From positions 672,001-736,000 of the forward strand of contig JBJOMY010000001.1 in NCBI GenBank assembly GCA_046052125.1: a DNA stretch of 64,000 nucleotides, given 5' to 3'. Below are positions 38,187 through 47,940 of the stretch, in pieces. Source of the DNA: Cyanobacteriota bacterium (GTDB lineage: Bacteria; Cyanobacteriota; Cyanobacteriia; PCC-6307; Cyanobiaceae). Position 1 is the stretch's first letter; each line of letters starts with the position of its first letter. The notes beneath the pieces were generated by a model. That model made no database searches, was not told where the DNA came from, and was given only the letters and a program-made list of their open reading frames with translations. The translations under genes and the position numbers were made by a program.

Positions 38187-38718
38187 TCACTTGACCATCA
38201 GTGCGTAGCCGGCTGAACAGCTTGGTGGTAGTCACTCTGGTGACACCAATCAACTCACCGATTCGTTCATGGCTGAGCTTGAAGGGCAACACACACCAGG
38301 CCCCAGACCTCTTCCCCATCCGCGTCACTAGTACGCCCAGTAAGGCCTGCAGACGCTCCTCCGCACGACCGAGATGGCGGATCCGTAGCAATTGCAGCGT
38401 CCACTCGTTCACCGGATCAAAGCCTTCAGCCGCAACGGGGATGGCATCGCTGCTGAACACCAAAGGCGTCAACGCTTCCACGCACACGCCCTCGCTGCAG
38501 AGGCGCTCCGGTCGCAACTGATCACCGGGCTGCAAGAACGCGATCGTCATGCCCTCGGTCTCCTCGCAGGGGCAATAGACCCGGGCCATCCCCTCGACAA
38601 CCTCAATACAGCAGGCATCCGGCAGTAAAGCGGGATTCAGCAGAACGCTGTGCCCGGCTGGGAGTCGGACTGTCCGAAAGGGCGCTGTGGGCAGAAAACG
38701 AAGGCTCATGAGGCCCAA
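38116..38718 (-). CDS. Crp-family regulator, IdiB-like
   Basis: RVYCPCEETEGMTIAFLQPGD; LSHERIGELIGVTRVTTT. Confidence 0.8.
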   Translation of the reverse strand: MGLMSLRFLPTAPFRTVRLPAGHSVLLNPALLPDACCIEVVEGMARVYCPCEETEGMTIAFLQPGDQLRPERLCSEGVCVEALTPLVFSSDAIPVAAEGFDPVNEWTLQLLRIRHLGRAEERLQALLGVLVTRMGKRSGAWCVLPFKLSHERIGELIGVTRVTTTKLFSRLRTDGQVIVSESEPILCFEPAFIAGSSIAF

Positions 38719-38730
38719 GATCCAGGGTTA

Positions 38731-38786
38731 TTGCGAATGGCTCGCAACATAAGCAAGACAGCGGCCTTTTTGCAAGCGATTCTCAA
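38731..38786. promoter_or_regulatory. Two Fur-box-like sites
   Basis: TTGCGA-ATGGC-TCGCAA (38731-47) and TTGCAAGCGATTCTCAA (38770-86) resemble TTGAGAAT-N-ATTCTCAA. Confidence 0.5.
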
Positions 38787-38926
38787 GTGCAACGCGCTCT
38801 GACGAGTCGCCCCTTGGCTCGATGCCCCCGGGTTCTAGTGACCTGGAGAAGCCCACCTCGCCCCCCTTGCGCGCGGCTCCGGCTGTCAGTGCGTGTAGAC
38901 CCCACCACGCAAAGAGTGGTGAGGCG

Positions 38927-39044
38927 TCAAGGCCTATGGCCACGAGCGCATACCAGCGGGTGAGCAGTCCATCAGATGCACCCCACCGGCTCCAGACGCA
39001 CCACCAGATGCGCCGCGCCGGGCACCTCCAGGATCGCCCCTGGT
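38927..39044 (+). repeat. About 120-bp direct repeat, copy 2
   Basis: Aligns by eye with 35537-35657. Confidence 0.85.
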
Positions 39045-39196
39045 CAAGGGCTGCGCGAGGCGAGTGGCTGGTTGGTGTGGCGCGATCGCCCCGGCGGTGC
39101 CGGTGCTCACCGCGCATCAGCGGATGGACTCGCCCCTTGACTGGCGGGGCGGTCCTGTAGGCGTCCCGTCGCTGCGCCGTAGGGCGTCAGAGCGTT

Positions 39197-39472
39197 ATGG
39201 CTACGCATGTTTTGGGGTATGGCCCCGAGGATCCGGTTGGTCTGGTGGAGTCCTGCTATCGGGCCGTGGAGTGGATCCTCGCCACCCACGCCGCCAAGGG
39301 GGTCTTGATCCCCAGGCCCTGGATTGATCACCCCTATGGGGAGGAAGAGATTGCGTTGCTCGAGGAGGAGTTGCTGCCAGCGATGGCTGGGTTCCTTGCT
39401 CGGGTTGATGCGATTGATCGCGCGATTGAGGCTGATCAGGAGCTGGAGTTCCAGGCCCCTCAGGCCCGCTGA
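39197..39472 (+). CDS. Hypothetical acidic protein
   Basis: 91 aa ORF followed by a hairpin and T-run. Confidence 0.6.
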   Translation: MATHVLGYGPEDPVGLVESCYRAVEWILATHAAKGVLIPRPWIDHPYGEEEIALLEEELLPAMAGFLARVDAIDRAIEADQELEFQAPQAR

Positions 39473-39477
39473 GGGCC

Positions 39478-39501
39478 AGGCCGGCGGTGGCCGGCCTTTT
39501 C
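39478..39501 (+). terminator. Intrinsic terminator
   Basis: AGGCCGGC-GGTG-GCCGGCCT-TTT. Confidence 0.6.
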
Positions 39502-39520
39502 TGCTGCTCCCGGGGGCGGA

Positions 39521-39910
39521 TCAGGTTTGGAGCGGGTTGCGCGGTTCCAGGGGAAGAATGCGCACCCGTTGACGGCGCTCATCGGCAACGATCAGGGCAC
39601 CTTGATCCAGCTCATCGCTGTAGCTCTCGAGAAGATTGAGCACCAGCGAACCGATCACCTCAGGCAACACGTTCAAGCAGCGCACCTGCAGAACACTGGG
39701 GCCATCGGCACCAGAGAGGGCAAGCATGGTCCCGAAGTCGAGATCGTGGGTAAAGACCGCATAGCGATGGGCCAGGGCCCAGGCCATCAGGTCGCCATCC
39801 GGAGCGCGTGGATCGCCCACCTCGGACCAATGCACCGCCTCGTGACCGGCTGCTTGCAGGAGAGGGATCCACTCAGTCGACAAGTTCATATCGACCAGAA
39901 GCCGCGCCAT
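39521..39910 (-). CDS. DUF5615 PIN-like toxin
   Basis: LLVDMNLS...THDLDFG. Confidence 0.85.
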   Translation of the reverse strand: MARLLVDMNLSTEWIPLLQAAGHEAVHWSEVGDPRAPDGDLMAWALAHRYAVFTHDLDFGTMLALSGADGPSVLQVRCLNVLPEVIGSLVLNLLESYSDELDQGALIVADERRQRVRILPLEPRNPLQT

Positions 39911-40137
39911 CAGGTCAGCACCAGCGCCTCCTCTCGCTCCTCGAGGCGCCAGGCTGCGTAAGCAAGGGCCTCATCGATATCGGGTGATTCCAGCAGTGGG
40001 TAAGCCGCCAGGATCCGCTCGCGGCTGACGCCACTGGCTACAAGGCCAACGATGGTGCCAACGCTGATCCGAAGCCCGCGGATACAGGGCTTGCCGCCCA
40101 TCACGGCTGGGTCGTGCGTGATTCGGGAGAAGGCCAT
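39910..40137 (-). CDS. DUF433 antitoxin
   Basis: RITHDPAVMGGKPCIRGLRI. Confidence 0.88.
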   Translation of the reverse strand: MAFSRITHDPAVMGGKPCIRGLRISVGTIVGLVASGVSRERILAAYPLLESPDIDEALAYAAWRLEEREEALVLT

Positions 40138-40164
40138 GGGACCAGCGTAGGCAGCGCGAAGGGA

Positions 40165-41040
40165 TCAAGCCGTAGCGGATTCTGCGAGGAAGCTCTCAAT
40201 CCAGCGCTGGTGCCGGCTGGTGGTGATCAGCCCCGCCAAGGATGGTTGAGCCTCAGGCACCTGGAAGGCAGCGCGGAAGCCTTTGGAGAAGGCCTCGAGC
40301 CGAGCGGGGGCGAGGGCCTTGATTCGGTCCTGCAGCGCAGTGATGGCAGTGGGCGGAAGGGGAGCATCAGCCATCTCAGGCGATGGGCTTTTGGTTGCAG
40401 CTGCCACCGGCTTGGCATCGCTCACCTGGCGCTGCTGCTTGTCGTAGAGCGCCAGGCCAAAGGGATTGCCAAAGGTCATCAACGCCCGTTTGGTGGCATC
40501 GGTTTCAGCTTCCTTGAGCGCGGATTCATGGGCCAGGCCCTTGTCGGCATCAATGCCATGGCCGGCCCCTGAGCCCTCACGGATCAAGGTGCGGTGGCCA
40601 GCGGTAACGGTGATGCGCACGCGGGCGGTGTAAGTGACACCCCAGCCGCTTTTGCGATCCCGCCCAATCGGGCGTTCGTGTTCGGTCACGCAGCGGCTGA
40701 TCAGGGTGCAGCGCTCCCAGCCATCAAACCCAAAGATGCGGTTGGCCTCTGCGATCACCTGCCACCCCTCGAGGTAGCTCACCCGGCTGCGGCCCTGCTC
40801 CCGCTGCCGCACATTGGCCCGATCCAACGGCGCCGACAGCAACGCCACCTGCCTCTCACTAAAGCCGGGGCCATGGGCCCCCTCGAGGTGGGCGGTTGCA
40901 GGTGCGGGCGATGGTTGAGCAGCGTCTTGGCTGAGGGTTTCGCGCAGCAGCTGGAGCGTTGTGGGTGGCCGGCTCGTGGCATTGCGGCGCACAGGCGCCG
41001 AGTGGGTTGTGGTGGTGTTGGCTGTGGATGTGATGGCCAT
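40165..41040 (-). CDS. Rad52/Rad22-family single-strand annealing protein
   Basis: YLEGWQVIAEANRIFGFDGW; KEAETDATKRA...GNPFGLALYD. Confidence 0.88.
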   Translation of the reverse strand: MAITSTANTTTTHSAPVRRNATSRPPTTLQLLRETLSQDAAQPSPAPATAHLEGAHGPGFSERQVALLSAPLDRANVRQREQGRSRVSYLEGWQVIAEANRIFGFDGWERCTLISRCVTEHERPIGRDRKSGWGVTYTARVRITVTAGHRTLIREGSGAGHGIDADKGLAHESALKEAETDATKRALMTFGNPFGLALYDKQQRQVSDAKPVAAATKSPSPEMADAPLPPTAITALQDRIKALAPARLEAFSKGFRAAFQVPEAQPSLAGLITTSRHQRWIESFLAESATA

Positions 41041-41124
41041 GGCGATGAAGTGGCGTGTGTGGAGTGGAGAAAAGGAAATGGGGCCCGCACCTGCAAAACC
41101 CCATTGCGAGGCCCCCCTTGGGGG

Positions 41125-41778
41125 CTAGGTGATGGACCAGTGGCGGCGTTTGATGAGGCGTGCGCCGGGGACGGCGGTGGCGGAGAGGGAGAAGGCGAGG
41201 TGAGCGGCTTCTGGTTTGGGGAGGCCTGAGATGGCGGAGGAGATGACGGAGCGGATGCGGGCCTTGATGGAGGTTTTGTTGGGGGTGGTGGTGGTTTGGG
41301 TGGTGAGGAGATCTGGCGGGAGGAGACCTGCGTCATCGATCTCGATGGCTTCTGTGGTGCGTGAGGTGAGGCGGTGATCGAGGAGGTTGTGGGCGGTGGC
41401 GGATGGATCGAGGCGGGAGAGCAGATGAATGAGGGTGGATTCGAGGGCGTCAGCGCGGTTGTCTTCTCGTTTGGCGAGGGCTGAGAAGCGCTTGGATTGG
41501 CCGGAGTGGTAGTTGGCTTCTGCGCGGAGGCGTTCGATCACCCAGCAGGTGGCATCGGCTTTGCGGAGAAAGGCCTCGCGCTTGTTGTCTTCCAGGGCGA
41601 GGGATTCCTCGAGATCGGCAATGGCGAGAGCACGTTCGTCGTCGTCCTCGGTGTCGAGGCGTTCAGAGAGATGAGCAATCCAGGAGGTTTCGACCTGGAG
41701 ATCGGTGCCGAGCTCCCAGAGGGTGGGGAGCTGGGGGGTATCGGCGGGAGGGGTGGTGATGGCGATGGCTACGGACAT
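41125..41778 (-). CDS. Siphovirus Gp157-like protein
   Basis: Coiled coil, KADATCWVI, IEIDDAGLLP...PNKTSIK...VPGARL. Confidence 0.7.
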   Translation of the reverse strand: MSVAIAITTPPADTPQLPTLWELGTDLQVETSWIAHLSERLDTEDDDERALAIADLEESLALEDNKREAFLRKADATCWVIERLRAEANYHSGQSKRFSALAKREDNRADALESTLIHLLSRLDPSATAHNLLDHRLTSRTTEAIEIDDAGLLPPDLLTTQTTTTPNKTSIKARIRSVISSAISGLPKPEAAHLAFSLSATAVPGARLIKRRHWSIT

Positions 41779-41820
41779 CGGTGTTTGGGTGCGAGGAATG
41801 GGAGGGAGAAGAAGGGAGGC

Positions 41821-42309
41821 CTATGTCGCCTGAGGGATCTGGATCACCTCGATGGGGATGGCCGAGCGGCGGCTGATGCGATGGGCCTGATCCACCAGCG
41901 AGGCCGTGCCGCGGGATCCCGGGAAAGTGATCACGAGCAAGGCAGCGCCGAGGGGAAGAGCGGAGGCCAGATCCAACGAGCGCTCGAGCATCTGGCGGTT
42001 ACGGATCGGGCCGGCGGCGCGGCCGTGCTCGCTCCAGGCAGCAGGGCAGGCGATCTGAAGCCAACCGAGCTGATCGGCAGCTGCGGCGATCGCTTGATCC
42101 GCGCCGCGGGCAGCGCCATGGAGCAGGGCCTGCACCAAGCGACCACGGGTGGCGCGCAGGAGATGGGTGGCAATCAGCTCGGAGGGCCAGGTGAGATCAC
42201 GGCCACCACCGGCCACGATCACCAGCTGGCCACTGCCAGGGAGAAAGAGTGAGCTGAATAAAGAAGCAGCAGGCGGCGCCAATGCGGCGGCCTGGGTGAG
42301 CGAAAGCAT
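41821..42309 (-). CDS. DUF2493 (YspA/SLOG) protein
   Basis: GGGRD, HGAARGAD, GRAAGPIRNRQM, FPGSRGT. Confidence 0.85.
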   Translation of the reverse strand: MLSLTQAAALAPPAASLFSSLFLPGSGQLVIVAGGGRDLTWPSELIATHLLRATRGRLVQALLHGAARGADQAIAAAADQLGWLQIACPAAWSEHGRAAGPIRNRQMLERSLDLASALPLGAALLVITFPGSRGTASLVDQAHRISRRSAIPIEVIQIPQAT

Positions 42310-42385
42310 GGGAAGAAAATGAGCGCAAGAGGATTTCTTTCAAGGGCTCCGGCAACAGCGGAGGCCATCCCTTGATCACCTCTTT

Positions 42386-42408
42386 ATTGTATCAGTACGG
42401 GCGTACTA
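42386..42408 (-). promoter_or_regulatory. LexA box adjacent to a -10 element
   Basis: AGTAC-GGGC-GTACT at 42394-42407; TACAAT on the minus strand at 42386-42391. Confidence 0.7.
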
Positions 42409-42950
42409 TGCGCCAGGCGAGACGGGGCTCTACGGGCTCTCTTCTTGAATCTTTACGGCTCTAGATCTGAGCAACTGAGGCATCAGCAGTGCGGCAACTC
42501 TTCTAAGAGCTGAGCATCGATCAATCGCCCAGAACGCAGCCACCACAGCTGCTTCCAGGAGCATCAGGTAGGCCTGATAGAGCCATGCCACCGCAGCCGC
42601 GGGAGGACGCTGTGCGTGATGAACCAACGCCACACATCCCGGCGGCGGCAAGGACACAAGAGATCACGCGAGCGCCAGGGCCGGTGTCCGCGCAGCGGCC
42701 ACGCCGGCTCGCGAAGCCCTGGCGCCGTGTGACATCCTGAATCACCTGCCGCCGGGTGGCGATCAAGAATTAACGGTTGAACAACCGCAGCAAAGAAAGA
42801 AGCCACACGGTGTGCATCAAGCGCCCCAGTCACATTTGGTGAGAGCCTCAGCCCGGGTCAGTCACCCATCGCCCAGCAGAACGGATTTGGCTGGTTGCAG
42901 GTCATAGAGCACTGCTGCTCTCTGGCCTCCTCCCACACACCCAAGCAGTC

Positions 42951-43370
42951 ATGAGCCCTTCTGCTTCCCGCTCTCACCGCCTGAGCGCTGCAGCGCGACT
43001 TGGCTTTGTTCTTGCCGCTGCGACCGCCGCATTGATTCCCCTCTCGGCATCGGCGCGGCCCTGGCCGATCCCGCAGACCAGCTGGAACAGCAGCGTTCAG
43101 GACTATCCCGCGCCCACCGCACCGCCACGGCCCTGGTGGAACCCAGGAGTCAACACTGGCTATCAGGCTTACGCCACTCCACCGCTGACTCCTGAGCAAC
43201 AGATCCAGCGCTGCAACACCGGCCGCCTGATCGGTGGCCTCGGTGGTGGTGCCGTGGCCTACGCCATGTCACGGGATGACGGACGGGCCTGGGCGATTCC
43301 CCTCGGTGCACTGCTGGGATCACAAGTCGGCTGCAATGCGGCCGCCGGTCGCGGGCCACTGCCCTGGTGA
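42951..43370 (+). CDS. Glycine-zipper 2TM secreted/membrane protein
   Basis: Signal peptide; GRLIGGLGGGAVAY...WAIPLGALLG. Confidence 0.75.
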   Translation: MSPSASRSHRLSAAARLGFVLAAATAALIPLSASARPWPIPQTSWNSSVQDYPAPTAPPRPWWNPGVNTGYQAYATPPLTPEQQIQRCNTGRLIGGLGGGAVAYAMSRDDGRAWAIPLGALLGSQVGCNAAAGRGPLPW

Positions 43371-43378
43371 GGAGCGGC

Positions 43379-44089
43379 TCAGCTCTGCTCAGGTTTCTCC
43401 GCTGTCCAGATCCAGCCCTCCTGCCTGGCTGTGACCAAATCCAAAGGCGCACGTGCGCGGCCTTGGATGAAATCAGCCGCCGCGAGCGCGGCCACTAAGG
43501 CGTCGATGGCATCGGCCGAAGTTGGAAGAATGCCGTCGAGGGCAGAGAGATCAAGCAACGGCTCCAATCCCTCAATGGAGCCGCCCTTGCCTTCTGATCC
43601 ATGGGCAAGCCGTGTTGCTGCCGGATAAACCTCAATGGCAGCGAAGGGGTTCACATCCATTGGAGACCAGGCCAATGGGATCGCCATCCGCGTCGACGTC
43701 CTCAGCGTCTGCAGCAGATCGAGTGCAGCGACAGCCGTGCGCGAAATGAAATTGGCGCCGACTTCCAGGGGGCGCTTGCGGAAACGGTTGTAGATGTCGT
43801 CGTCGGTCTGCCTGCGGAAGAGGGCATGGGCGCTGGCACCCATGGCATCTCCTGCCTGATGTCCCGCGAGAGCCCGCTGCAGCTCAATCGGCCAGCCCAG
43901 CGGTGCATCGAGGGCCAGTAAGGCTCTGCCCGATTCCTTTAGCCAGGCACCGACGATCTCCTCGGGCCTCTCTTGAGGGCTAGCGGTTCTACACGCCTTG
44001 ATCCGCACGCGCTCGCCATCCCATTGACCGAGCGCTAGCCCCACCTTGTTGGGCTGCGTGGCGCAATCGATGCCGATCAGGGCAACCAT
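43379..44089 (-). CDS. DUF429 family (RNase H-like) protein
   Basis: IGIDCA, LDAPLGWP, RRQTD, IEVYPAA, DAIDA. Confidence 0.75.
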   Translation of the reverse strand: MVALIGIDCATQPNKVGLALGQWDGERVRIKACRTASPQERPEEIVGAWLKESGRALLALDAPLGWPIELQRALAGHQAGDAMGASAHALFRRQTDDDIYNRFRKRPLEVGANFISRTAVAALDLLQTLRTSTRMAIPLAWSPMDVNPFAAIEVYPAATRLAHGSEGKGGSIEGLEPLLDLSALDGILPTSADAIDALVAALAAADFIQGRARAPLDLVTARQEGWIWTAEKPEQS

Positions 44090-44106
44090 CGCCGCTGAAG
44101 TACTGC

Positions 44107-44307
44107 TCAGACTCTGGCCTGAATCCACTCCTGCAGCAGTTGCTGTGGGTCAACACCGACCAGCAACTCATCGGGAACCACAGCCACCCGGCGTAGATCG
44201 GGTACTTGCCTGCGCACCTGCGAGATGGCGTGATCGGGATCCATCGCCCGCACCGGCTGGATGCTGCAGCGCTCCTGATCGCAGAAGAACACAGAAAACG
44301 CTGCCAT
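44107..44307 (-). CDS. Small hypothetical protein
   Basis: MAAFSVFFCDQERCSIQPV..., 66 aa. Confidence 0.5.
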   Translation of the reverse strand: MAAFSVFFCDQERCSIQPVRAMDPDHAISQVRRQVPDLRRVAVVPDELLVGVDPQQLLQEWIQARV

Positions 44308-44471
44308 GCCTGGGGCCTTGAACGGAAATGGGGTGGACTGCGGTGTGAGGAGTGCAGCCCTGTGCATGGCTGTGATGACGGCCAGGGGGTGATGACCGCT
44401 CCTGACGCGTGAAGCGAGCACCGCTCGGTCATGGCTGAGGTGATGGCTGATGCGCAACACCAAGACGACTG

Positions 44472-44805
44472 TCAGTGGTGATGCCCAAGTGCGCTGATGG
44501 GCTCGAGCACCTCCAACAACGCCTGCAATTCCGCCTGCGGCTCCCGCTGCAACACCACGATCACGTCCGGTCCGGGGTCTGCCGCTTGCGCGAGTGCTGC
44601 ACCAACGGCTCCCTGAAGTTGCCCGGCCAGCTGCAATGCCATCAGGGCAAACGCTCCATCCACGGCGACCACCGCCAGGCTGGCCAGCCACTTCATCGCC
44701 ACCCGAGAGGCGGGGTCCTAAAACGAGAAGCAATGCAGAAGCTCACGACATGCCGGCGCGTGAATGAAGAGAAGCGCCTGAAGTCGCGTGCGCTTTCAGC
44801 GCCGA
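44472..44805 (-). pseudogene. Diverged second copy of the dnaG 3' end
   Basis: VAVDGAFALMALQLAGQLQGAVG...VLQREPQAELQALLEVLEPI vs the DnaG C-terminus; in-frame stop near 44719. Confidence 0.85.
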
Positions 44806-44951
44806 AGCAGTAGTGGAGAATTTAGCAAGTTGAGATTTGGCAGAATACTGGCAAGAATGTCCCTTGTTGCAATTATTTTATCGAGGACCTGATTGAGAGG
44901 GCGGCTACTTACTGGGCATTGACTAGTTGCAACCAGGGTCCCTTCCCATAG

Positions 44952-45971
44952 TCAGGGCCCGGGACACGGTGGGGCATAGCACGTGCCTGGGTCATTCCCT
45001 CCATGAGACGCAGAAGACAAATCAAATACATCAGCATCAGATATATCATCGTGAACCCGCACATCCCGATTACCTGGGCTTGCTGCCAGGGCTTTAATCA
45101 CTGGTGTCGTGAATTGCCGCCTGCCTGCCCCACCATTGGCATTAAAACGCCACTTGATATCTGCCGAGAAGCGTGATCTAAAGGCGCTGTCGTAGGACAG
45201 GTTGGTGGCGAGGGTTAGGTCGTTATTGATGGCGTAAGCAAGGCGCCCCAGAACGCCAGAGCCATCTGCTGTATTTAAGTCGCCGTTTTGGTAGTAATAA
45301 CCAATCGATGCTCTTAGGGCAGGTGTGATGTTGTGGCCAGCGTCCAAGCCATAAGTATCCAGTGCGCCACCGTCGTAGACGCTGTTGAGCTGTTGCTCAG
45401 TATCGCCCGTTGGAATGAGGGCATAAGCGTTAAAGCGCCACTTGTTGGACACGGCTTCTGCATTGACTGCCGCCTGTTGGAAGAAGACAGTGCGTTGCCC
45501 TGAGACCGAAATGCCCGTATCGGCATTGCCAGTGCTCATCGGGCGAGTGTCATAGCCCGCATTGATGCCATACATCCAGCTGCGGTCACCGTTAAGCCAG
45601 CGGTAACCAAGGCGGGACGACGTGGAGATGGTGGTCCCCGTCACCAGAGTGTTGATGATGCTGCTGCTATTACCCCAGTCAGCGAAATTGGCATTCGCCA
45701 GCACATCTAAGAAGGCAACGCTGTTGTTGCCGATGACCAGTGGCAGAAAGCCGCCAATGCCTGCCTGGTTGGGGGTGCCAGCAGCCTGGGTCTGCCCCTG
45801 GACGCCAACCTGTGGTTTGACAACATCCTTGAGGTTGATGCTCATCAGCCCAAGGTCATTGGCTGTGCCTTGCGCGAGGTGAGCAGGTTTGGCGCTGGCC
45901 GCAGTTGTTGCGGTGGCTGCAAGGACCGCAGTGCTCAGTGCGGCAATGGCCAGAGAATTGGCAGGGCGCAT
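44952..45971 (-). CDS. Outer-membrane beta-barrel protein (inverse autotransporter beta domain-like)
   Basis: Signal peptide; SRLGYRWL, YGINAGYD, NLSYDSAF; picocyanobacterial AGTPNQAGIGGFLPL motif. Confidence 0.65.
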   Translation of the reverse strand: MRPANSLAIAALSTAVLAATATTAASAKPAHLAQGTANDLGLMSINLKDVVKPQVGVQGQTQAAGTPNQAGIGGFLPLVIGNNSVAFLDVLANANFADWGNSSSIINTLVTGTTISTSSRLGYRWLNGDRSWMYGINAGYDTRPMSTGNADTGISVSGQRTVFFQQAAVNAEAVSNKWRFNAYALIPTGDTEQQLNSVYDGGALDTYGLDAGHNITPALRASIGYYYQNGDLNTADGSGVLGRLAYAINNDLTLATNLSYDSAFRSRFSADIKWRFNANGGAGRRQFTTPVIKALAASPGNRDVRVHDDISDADVFDLSSASHGGNDPGTCYAPPCPGP

Positions 45972-46215
45972 GGTCGCCAGATTTTTGGTCATGGTATGGC
46001 AGATCGGTTGCAGCGCAAGGCATTTTGCGTCAGTACCGTTGTTGCGCAGTGTGTCCATCCCCGACCAAGTCAGACCCGTCTCGACAAACCCTATAAGGTC
46101 TTCCGATTTCTGTGCTGATCCTTCTTCACCCACAAAGGGTATCGGTGCAGTAGAGCAAGAAACAAAACCTCATTTTACGATCTCGGGCATCATGAAACCT
46201 CTGTGGTCGATGGAT

Positions 46216-47940
46216 TTATTGCTGAGTCAAATGAGCAACTCCTTGAAATGATGGATGCACTGACTCGGAAACCTTTATAGGCTCAAATACATCTAACAAC
46301 TCCTGCAGTTCTTCCTGAGGCTCTCGCTGCAACACCGCAATCACATCCACCCCCGGCACTGCGGCCTGGCTGAGCTCGCCTCCCGCAGCGCCCTGCAGCT
46401 GGCCCGCCAACTGCAACGCCAGTCCGGCGATCGAGCCATCCACCGCCACCAGCGCCAGGAGCTTTAGCCACTCCATAGCCACCCGACAGGCCGGGTCTTG
46501 AAACGCGATGCACTGCAGCAAGCTGCGGCACTCTGCTGCATGCACAAAGAGCCGCAAAGCGCGGCGTTCAGCGCGTTGTCGGGCTGTCCCAACGCCGACC
46601 TCGAGCACGCCAGGGAGTAGCGACACCCCCTCGCTATGGGAGACGCCATTGCCGGCTAAGGCCTGCTCCAAGCGCTGCTCCGCTGTGCGGCGAAGCACCC
46701 CCTCGGGCAGCTGCTCCACGAGAGCCTGACCGTCACGCTCTATCGCTTGCAAGATCTCCAGCGGTGAATCTCCAGGCCTTACGGATAGGGGAGCCAGGAG
46801 CCGATCGAGCCGCCATTCCAACCAGTGACGTGCACCAGCGATCAGGCCCTCGATGGCACTGGGTCCATTGCTACGAAGCAGCCCGTCAGCGTCCTGCCCC
46901 TCGGGCAGCTGCACTACCGAGGCGCTCAGCCCACCGCCCACCAACTGCGGCTGCAACTGCTCCAGCAACTTCTCCGTCGCTGCTTGCCCGGCCCGGTCAC
47001 CATCAAGAGCAATGAGCAGATGCTTCATCCCCTGGCGTTGCAAGAGCTGCAGCTGCAGCGCCGACACGCTCGTCCCCAGACAAGCCACGGCATTCGTGAA
47101 CCCCGCCTGGTGGAGCTGGATCACATCCAGCGGTCCCTCCACCAAGAGCGCCGTTCCCTCCTTCCGGATCGCCTCCGCGGCTTGGTCCAGGCCGAACACC
47201 ACGCCATTGCGCTGAAACAGCAGATCACCACTGCTATTGCGGTACTTAGGTTCCTGATTGCCAGTGGCCCGGCCGCAGAAACCCACGGTTTGACCGGATG
47301 CTTCGTTCAGGGGAATCACCAAGCGACCGCCGGCAACGCCTAACTGCCAGGTGCGGGCGGTTTCAGGGGTGATGCCACGGGCCTGCAGGTAATCAGCGCC
47401 TGCACCGCCCTGCTCGAGTTGCTGCAACAGAGCCTGGTGGAACTGAGCCCGCTGCTCACCGCGCTTGGCCATCAGTTGCCGGCGCTCGCGCCACTCCTGC
47501 TCGAACCGCGCCTGCGCCTCGGGGTCGCCCTCGGCGACGCTCACCCCCGTGCGCCGCGCCAGCTCGAGCACGGCTTCCTGAAAGCTCAGGCCCTGCCTGT
47601 CCTGCAGCCAGCCGATGGCATCGGTGCCTTTGCCGCAGACAAAGCAGTGCACGCGGTTGCGCGTTGGGCTGACAGACAGCGAGGGGCGGCGATCGTCATG
47701 CCAGGGGCAGCGGGCGAGGAACTCCCGGCCACTCTTCTTGAGTTCAGCGGGCCCAAAGAGATCGGTGATCTGGGCCCGCTCGCGCACGCTCTCCAACACC
47801 GCCGGCGTGAGCAGCCCAGACGAGCGCCCGGTGGGATGCCCACTGGGAGCCCTACGGGCCGCGCCTGCAACCACCCGATGAGGGGCGGCTTTGCCGCTGC
47901 CATTGCCACTGGTGTTGGAGAGCATGAGCATCAGAGGCAC
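46216..47940 (-). CDS. dnaG: DnaG-like primase
   Basis: CPWHDDRRPS..CFVC zinc finger; KYRNS, VEGPLDV, LDGDRAG, GQDAD. Confidence 0.9.
   Translation of the reverse strand: MPLMLMLSNTSGNGSGKAAPHRVVAGAARRAPSGHPTGRSSGLLTPAVLESVRERAQITDLFGPAELKKSGREFLARCPWHDDRRPSLSVSPTRNRVHCFVCGKGTDAIGWLQDRQGLSFQEAVLELARRTGVSVAEGDPEAQARFEQEWRERRQLMAKRGEQRAQFHQALLQQLEQGGAGADYLQARGITPETARTWQLGVAGGRLVIPLNEASGQTVGFCGRATGNQEPKYRNSSGDLLFQRNGVVFGLDQAAEAIRKEGTALLVEGPLDVIQLHQAGFTNAVACLGTSVSALQLQLLQRQGMKHLLIALDGDRAGQAATEKLLEQLQPQLVGGGLSASVVQLPEGQDADGLLRSNGPSAIEGLIAGARHWLEWRLDRLLAPLSVRPGDSPLEILQAIERDGQALVEQLPEGVLRRTAEQRLEQALAGNGVSHSEGVSLLPGVLEVGVGTARQRAERRALRLFVHAAECRSLLQCIAFQDPACRVAMEWLKLLALVAVDGSIAGLALQLAGQLQGAAGGELSQAAVPGVDVIAVLQREPQEELQELLDVFEPIKVSESVHPSFQGVAHLTQQ

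Noticed and set aside
44952..45971. Carbamoyl-phosphate synthase (a label I recall being applied to this family)
   Set aside because: No ATP-grasp motifs; signal peptide and amphipathic strands indicate a beta-barrel
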